From: Candidatus Latescibacterota bacterium
Lineage (GTDB): Bacteria; Latescibacterota; UBA2968
Direction: 5' to 3'
DNA: 64,000 bases
Assembly (NCBI GenBank): GCA_965204745.1
Contig: OZ242010.1
Location: 1,856,001-1,920,000, forward strand
Made by a program: the position numbers and the translations under genes. This document shows positions 59,239 to 64,000 of the stretch, piece after piece; the stretch's first letter is position 1; each line of letters begins with the position of its first letter. The notes beneath the pieces were generated by a model that saw only the letters and a program-made list of their open reading frames with translations, ran no database searches and was not told the origin of the DNA.

Positions 59239-61560
59239 ATGATTCTCATTCCATCAGAGGCAAGCGTTAGGCGGTCAGTCGCGGGAAAATGTCCCGTTCT
59301 GCTCGCATGCTTACCGCTACTCCTCGCGCTGTCAACGGTCTTTGTTTTTGGGCATGACCTGCGAAGTCACATAGAGCGTTCTCCTGGTTACTCTAACCTT
59401 ACGCATCATAAAATGTCGATAGCCGCCAACCTTTCTCCAGATCACAACTTTCTGATGTTCTATCGCCAAACGCTCAATGCCGATGGCGCGGTTTATTACG
59501 AAATGTATAATCGCCATCCCATAGGTGAGTTTGTGCTCATTGCGCTGGCTATCCTGCCCTTTGGCGATGACTTGGCAAGCCAACTCTATGCGGCAAGGAC
59601 CCTGATGTTGCTGTGCTTTGTTGCAACAGCACTGCTGGCGTATCTCTGCCTTTGCCGGCTAATACATCATCCCTGGATCGCCGCAACCGCGACGCTCTTG
59701 GCGTTCTCATCGTTCCATTGCTTGTTCTACAGCGATATGGTGTTCAATGATACGTGGATCGACCTGCTTGGGGTAATGCTGACTTTTCACGGGATGATCA
59801 TTTTCTTCTGTGAGGGTCGCTTTCGGCAACTGCTGGTCAAGACGTGCATCGCGCTGTTTTTGGGCTGGCATGTCTATGCGCTGCTGTTGTCCTTTATCGC
59901 GCTCGGAGTGGTGCGGGAATGCCGCCGTGCGCGTTCAGTCCCTTTCAAGTTGAAGTGCTCCCGCCTGCTTCGCAGTCGCTATGTGTTGCTCGGCATTGTC
60001 GCATTGCTGTTTGGGTTGTCCTTGTTGACCTTTAATTTCGCTAATGAATACGTCGCGCTGAAAGGTGAGAAATCCCTGACGGAATTACCGTCTTTCCAGT
60101 CTATGACGTATCGCACGGGAATAGACCCAGGAAATAGACCAGGTCGCCCCTTGAGGTGGAATTCCTTTCTGCGAGATCAATTCTCTCGCATTGGTGGGGT
60201 GTCAACGCCGTATTTTATTTTTTTCTATCTTAGCGCACTTCCCCCGCAGTCTTACGTGCCCTTGTCCGTTGGTGTGGGCATTGGGGTGTCTATTGCGTGT
60301 CTGGTGGGGGTGTATTTCACGCGCCCGAGAATCCTTTGGGCGCCCTTGATTCTGCTTGGCTTCTGTTGGGCATTGCCCATGCGCTATCAAGTTAAAACGC
60401 CTGGTCATGCTTATGAGAGCATGTTTTACATCGGCCTGCCACTGGTCTTCTTCTCGCTTATTCTGCTGTGCCTATCCCGACGCTTCAATGCCCCGCTTTT
60501 GATGGTCGGCTTTGCGGGTATTGCCCTGATCGTCTTTGTGCTTTCCAGTTTTCAGATGAGCCATTTCTATGCCCCCGATGCGACGCAACGCCAAAAGGCT
60601 GAGTTGGCAGACGCGACAGCCATCCGCCGGTTAACGGCAGAGGACGACCTCATTTTCTTTACCCCTGGTTTCAATCTGGCGAAGCTACGTTACTATTTGG
60701 CGCGGAGGATCATTCACTCTCATTCTCTCACCGCAGAGGGCTTCACGCTGATGGATGATCGCCTGGAGACAGACGCGTTGCTCACGCCGAAAAACGAGCG
60801 GATATTCCTTTATGACTCCAAGAAATTGCTCAAAGCGTATCGGCAGGCAGGCGTGTCTGGCGAGGTGGTGGCGCGGTCAACCTTCGATGTATATCGCGAT
60901 GAGCACACGTTGTATTACGTCAAAAGTCCCTGTTCTGACGCGGACATGCAGACCGAATTCTTCTTGCACATCTTTCCGACAGACACGCAGGAACTGCTCT
61001 CTCATCGCTGGCAGTGGGGGTATGACAACGACGACTTTTCTTTTCATACGCGAGGCCTGCGGTTCGATGACAAATGCTTGGCGAGCATCGCGCTTCCACA
61101 CTACGACATCGCCCGGATTGAAACCGGGCCACTTTCCCCCGGCCAAAGCAATGAACGCACTGATGATCCCGGGATGCTCAAAGCGCATCGGCAGGTATAT
61201 CAACGGGTCGTGTCTGGCGCGCCTGTGGCGCGGTCAACTTTCGATGTGTATCGCGATGATCGCACGTTGTATTACGTCAAAAGTCCCTGTTCTGATGCGG
61301 ACGTGAAATTACGATTCTTCTTACACCTCTTTCCCGCAGACGCGAAGGAGCTTCTCAGCGGCTTTCACCGCTGGCAGTATGGATATAACAACGACGACTT
61401 TAATTTTTCTGATCAGGGCCTGCGGTTCGATGACAAATGCTTGGCGAGCGTCGCGCTTCCGCACTACGACATCGCTCGTATTGAAACGGGTCAGTTCCAC
61501 TGGAACAGCGGTAGCAAACAATGGAAGGCTAAAATTTTTCTTGACGAACAGTCAAAGTAG
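59239..61560 (+). CDS. Array paralog 11 (2 C-terminal domains)
   Basis: 773 aa; same scaffold. Confidence 0.75.
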   Translation: MILIPSEASVRRSVAGKCPVLLACLPLLLALSTVFVFGHDLRSHIERSPGYSNLTHHKMSIAANLSPDHNFLMFYRQTLNADGAVYYEMYNRHPIGEFVLIALAILPFGDDLASQLYAARTLMLLCFVATALLAYLCLCRLIHHPWIAATATLLAFSSFHCLFYSDMVFNDTWIDLLGVMLTFHGMIIFFCEGRFRQLLVKTCIALFLGWHVYALLLSFIALGVVRECRRARSVPFKLKCSRLLRSRYVLLGIVALLFGLSLLTFNFANEYVALKGEKSLTELPSFQSMTYRTGIDPGNRPGRPLRWNSFLRDQFSRIGGVSTPYFIFFYLSALPPQSYVPLSVGVGIGVSIACLVGVYFTRPRILWAPLILLGFCWALPMRYQVKTPGHAYESMFYIGLPLVFFSLILLCLSRRFNAPLLMVGFAGIALIVFVLSSFQMSHFYAPDATQRQKAELADATAIRRLTAEDDLIFFTPGFNLAKLRYYLARRIIHSHSLTAEGFTLMDDRLETDALLTPKNERIFLYDSKKLLKAYRQAGVSGEVVARSTFDVYRDEHTLYYVKSPCSDADMQTEFFLHIFPTDTQELLSHRWQWGYDNDDFSFHTRGLRFDDKCLASIALPHYDIARIETGPLSPGQSNERTDDPGMLKAHRQVYQRVVSGAPVARSTFDVYRDDRTLYYVKSPCSDADVKLRFFLHLFPADAKELLSGFHRWQYGYNNDDFNFSDQGLRFDDKCLASVALPHYDIARIETGQFHWNSGSKQWKAKIFLDEQSK

Positions 61561-61589
61561 ATACCTTATCCATTTCAGAGGCTTAGGCC

Positions 61590-63929
61590 ATGATTCTCAT
61601 TCCATCGGATGCCGGGGTTAGGCGGTCAGTGGCGGGAAAACGTCCCGTTCTGCTCGCTTGCTTGCCGCTTCTCCTCGCGCTTTCAACGGTCTTTGTTTTT
61701 GGCCATGACCTGCGAAGTCACCTTGTGCGTTCTGTGGGTCACTCTGACTTTACGTATCATAAAATGGCGATAGCCGCCAACCTTTCTCCAGATCACCACT
61801 TTCTGATGTTCTATCGCCAAACGCTCAATGCCGATGGCGCGGTTTCTTACGTACCGAATAATCGCTTTCCCATAGGTGGGCATGTGCTCATCGCGCTGGC
61901 TATCCTGCCCTTTGGCGATGACTTGGCAACCCAACTCTATGCGGCAAGGACCCTGATGTTGCTGTGCTTTGCCGCCACAGCACTGCTGGCGTATCTCTGC
62001 CTTTGCCGGCTGACACATCATCCCTGGATCGCCGCAACCGCGACGCTCTTGGCGTTCTCATCGTTCTATTGCTTGTTCTTCAGCGATATGGTGTTCAATG
62101 AAACGGGGATCGATCTGCTCGGCGTGATGCTGACTTTTCACGGGATGGTCATTTTCATTTTTGAGGGTCGCTTTCGGCAACTGCTGGTCAAGATGTGCGT
62201 CGCGCTGTTTTTGGGCTGGCATGTCTATGCGTTGCTGTTGCCCTTTATCGCGCTCGGAGTGGTGCGGGAATGTTGCCGTGCGCGTTCAGTCCCTTTCAAG
62301 TTGAAATGCTCCCGCCTGCTTCGCAGTCGCTATGTGTTGCTCGGCATTGTCGCGTTGCTCGTTGGGTTGTCCTTATTGACCTTTAATTTTGTCAATGAAT
62401 ACGTCGCGCTGAAAGGTGAAAAATCACTGACGGAATTACCGTCTTTCCGGTCTATGATATATCGCACGGGAATGGGTACCCCAGAAAATCGCCCCTTGAA
62501 CTCCTTGAAGTGGGATTTCTTCCTGATAGAACAATTCTTTCGTATTGATTTGATGTGCATGCCGCAATTCATCCTGTCCTGCCTCGATGCACTTCCCCGG
62601 AGTTATTATGTGCCCTTGTCTGTTGGCGCGGGCATTGGGGTGTCTATTGCGTGTCTGTTTGGGGTGTATTTCACGCGCCCGAGAATCCTTTGGGCGACCT
62701 TGGTTCTGTTCGGCTTCTGTTGGGCATTGCCCATGCGCCATAACGTTAAAGTGTATGCCCATGACTTCGAGAGCGTGTTTTACATCGGTCTGCCCCTGGT
62801 CTTCTTCTCGCTAATTCTGCTGTGCCTATCCCGCCGCTTCAAGACCGCGCCTTTGATGGTCGGCTTTGCGGGTATTGCGCTGATCGTCTTTGTGCTTTCC
62901 AGTTTTCAGATGAGCCATTTCTATGCCCTCGATGCGACGCAACGCCAAAAGGTCGAGCTATCGGACATTGTAGCCATCCGCCGGTTAACGACAGAGAACG
63001 ACCTCATTTTTATTTTTTTTAACTCGTCCAACCTCTACATCGAGACAAATCGGATAAGATACTATCTGAACCGGAGAATTATTCACGCTCATGCTCTCAC
63101 CGCAGAGGGCTTCACAGTGATGTTTGATCGCCTGGAGACAGACGCGTTGCTCACGCCGAAAAACGAGCGGATATTCCTTTATGACTCCAAGAAATTGCTC
63201 GAGGAGTATCGGCAGGTATATCAACGGGTCGTGTCTGGCGAGTTGGTGGCGCGCTCGACCTTCGATGTGTATCGCGATGAGCGTGCATTGCATTACGTCA
63301 AAAGTCCCTGTTCTGATGCGGACATGCAGACCAAATTCTTCTTCCACATCTTTCCGGCAGACGAGAGATCTATTCCCTTCCACCGCAGGTGGTTTGGATA
63401 TGATACCGCCGTCTTTGCGTTTTGGAAACACGGTTTGCAATTCGACGATAAATGCTTGGCGAGTATCGCGCTTCCACACTACGATATCGCCCGGATTGAA
63501 ACCGGGCCACTTTCCCCCGGCCAAAGCAATGAACGCGCTTATGATCCCGACAGGCTCGAGGTGTATCGGCAGGCATATCGACAGGTCGTGTCTGGCGAGT
63601 TGGTGGCGCGGTCAACCTTTGATGTGTATCGCGACGAGCGTGTGTTGCATTACGTCAAAACGCCCTGTTCTGACGCGGACGTGAAGACCAGATTCTTCTT
63701 GCACATCTTCCCGACTAACAGGAAGGAACCATCCTCCCTGTACTATCGGTGGAGGTATGAAAACATCGACTTTGATTTTTCTTCGTACGGCCTGCGGTTC
63801 GATGGCAAATGCTTGGCGAGCATCGCGCTTCCGCACTACGACATCGCCCGGATTAAAACGGGTCAGTTCTACGACGATGGGGTTAGAGTGTGGGAGGCAG
63901 AAATTTTTCTCAACGAGCAGTCAAAGTAG
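61590..63929 (+). CDS. Array paralog 12 (2 C-terminal domains)
   Basis: 779 aa; same scaffold; downstream sequence does not restart a unit within the window. Confidence 0.75.
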   Translation: MILIPSDAGVRRSVAGKRPVLLACLPLLLALSTVFVFGHDLRSHLVRSVGHSDFTYHKMAIAANLSPDHHFLMFYRQTLNADGAVSYVPNNRFPIGGHVLIALAILPFGDDLATQLYAARTLMLLCFAATALLAYLCLCRLTHHPWIAATATLLAFSSFYCLFFSDMVFNETGIDLLGVMLTFHGMVIFIFEGRFRQLLVKMCVALFLGWHVYALLLPFIALGVVRECCRARSVPFKLKCSRLLRSRYVLLGIVALLVGLSLLTFNFVNEYVALKGEKSLTELPSFRSMIYRTGMGTPENRPLNSLKWDFFLIEQFFRIDLMCMPQFILSCLDALPRSYYVPLSVGAGIGVSIACLFGVYFTRPRILWATLVLFGFCWALPMRHNVKVYAHDFESVFYIGLPLVFFSLILLCLSRRFKTAPLMVGFAGIALIVFVLSSFQMSHFYALDATQRQKVELSDIVAIRRLTTENDLIFIFFNSSNLYIETNRIRYYLNRRIIHAHALTAEGFTVMFDRLETDALLTPKNERIFLYDSKKLLEEYRQVYQRVVSGELVARSTFDVYRDERALHYVKSPCSDADMQTKFFFHIFPADERSIPFHRRWFGYDTAVFAFWKHGLQFDDKCLASIALPHYDIARIETGPLSPGQSNERAYDPDRLEVYRQAYRQVVSGELVARSTFDVYRDERVLHYVKTPCSDADVKTRFFLHIFPTNRKEPSSLYYRWRYENIDFDFSSYGLRFDGKCLASIALPHYDIARIKTGQFYDDGVRVWEAEIFLNEQSK

Positions 63930-64000
63930 GTGATACATCTAAGCGTTACGCCACAACCGCTCTTTCAAATCAACGAGTATCTCATCAAATCTCGCATCTT

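Larger units (their letters stand above)
34385..63929 (+). repeat. Tandem array of 12 paralogous genes (unit 2.3-2.7 kb)
   Basis: Highly similar units separated by 29-bp spacers (e.g. ATCCCCTATCCATTTCAGAGGCTTAGGCC) containing the RBS; one longer spacer after copy 7. Confidence 0.97.

Noticed and set aside
34472-63836. Recurrent short ORFs on other frames in each array unit
   Set aside because: They recur only because the host gene is repeated; no independent RBS or coding evidence
34385-63929. Diversity-generating retroelement as the source of variation
   Set aside because: No reverse transcriptase or template repeat in the window; variation includes indels and multiple separate regions and is not evidently adenine-restricted. 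A trans-acting DGR is not formally excluded
34385-63929. Integron cassette array or shufflon
   Set aside because: Spacers are only ~29 bp with no attC-like palindrome, all copies are co-oriented, and no integrase or invertase is present

Overview
High-GC bacterial window with two halves. The gene content (PhyH dioxygenases, sulfatase, many TA remnants, 7-8-nt tandem repeats) resembles Latescibacterota/Poribacteria-like symbionts, but that is inference only. 1-34.3 kb is a housekeeping/accessory mix: yejBEF ABC transporter, large CPBP protease, long-form ilvC, solitary hsdS, hrpA, PASTA protein, alkaline-phosphatase-family enzyme, SDR, sulfatase and several orphan antitoxins. It also carries IS982-, IS5(IS903)- and IS110-family elements, nearly all inserted in short tandem repeats. 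34.4-63.9 kb is an uninterrupted head-to-tail array of 12 paralogous ~760-900 aa polytopic membrane proteins (GT-C/ArnT-PMT-like N-terminal region by inference, plus 2 or 3 copies of a ~105-aa Cys-pair domain). The copies have near-identical scaffolds with discrete hypervariable loops that are shared mosaically, and copy 1 has an in-frame heptamer tract. The second highlight is an IS110 whose upstream non-coding end can be read directly as a bridge RNA: both guide pairs match its own donor junction and a heptamer-repeat target. No rRNA, tRNA, CRISPR array or reverse transcriptase was seen.
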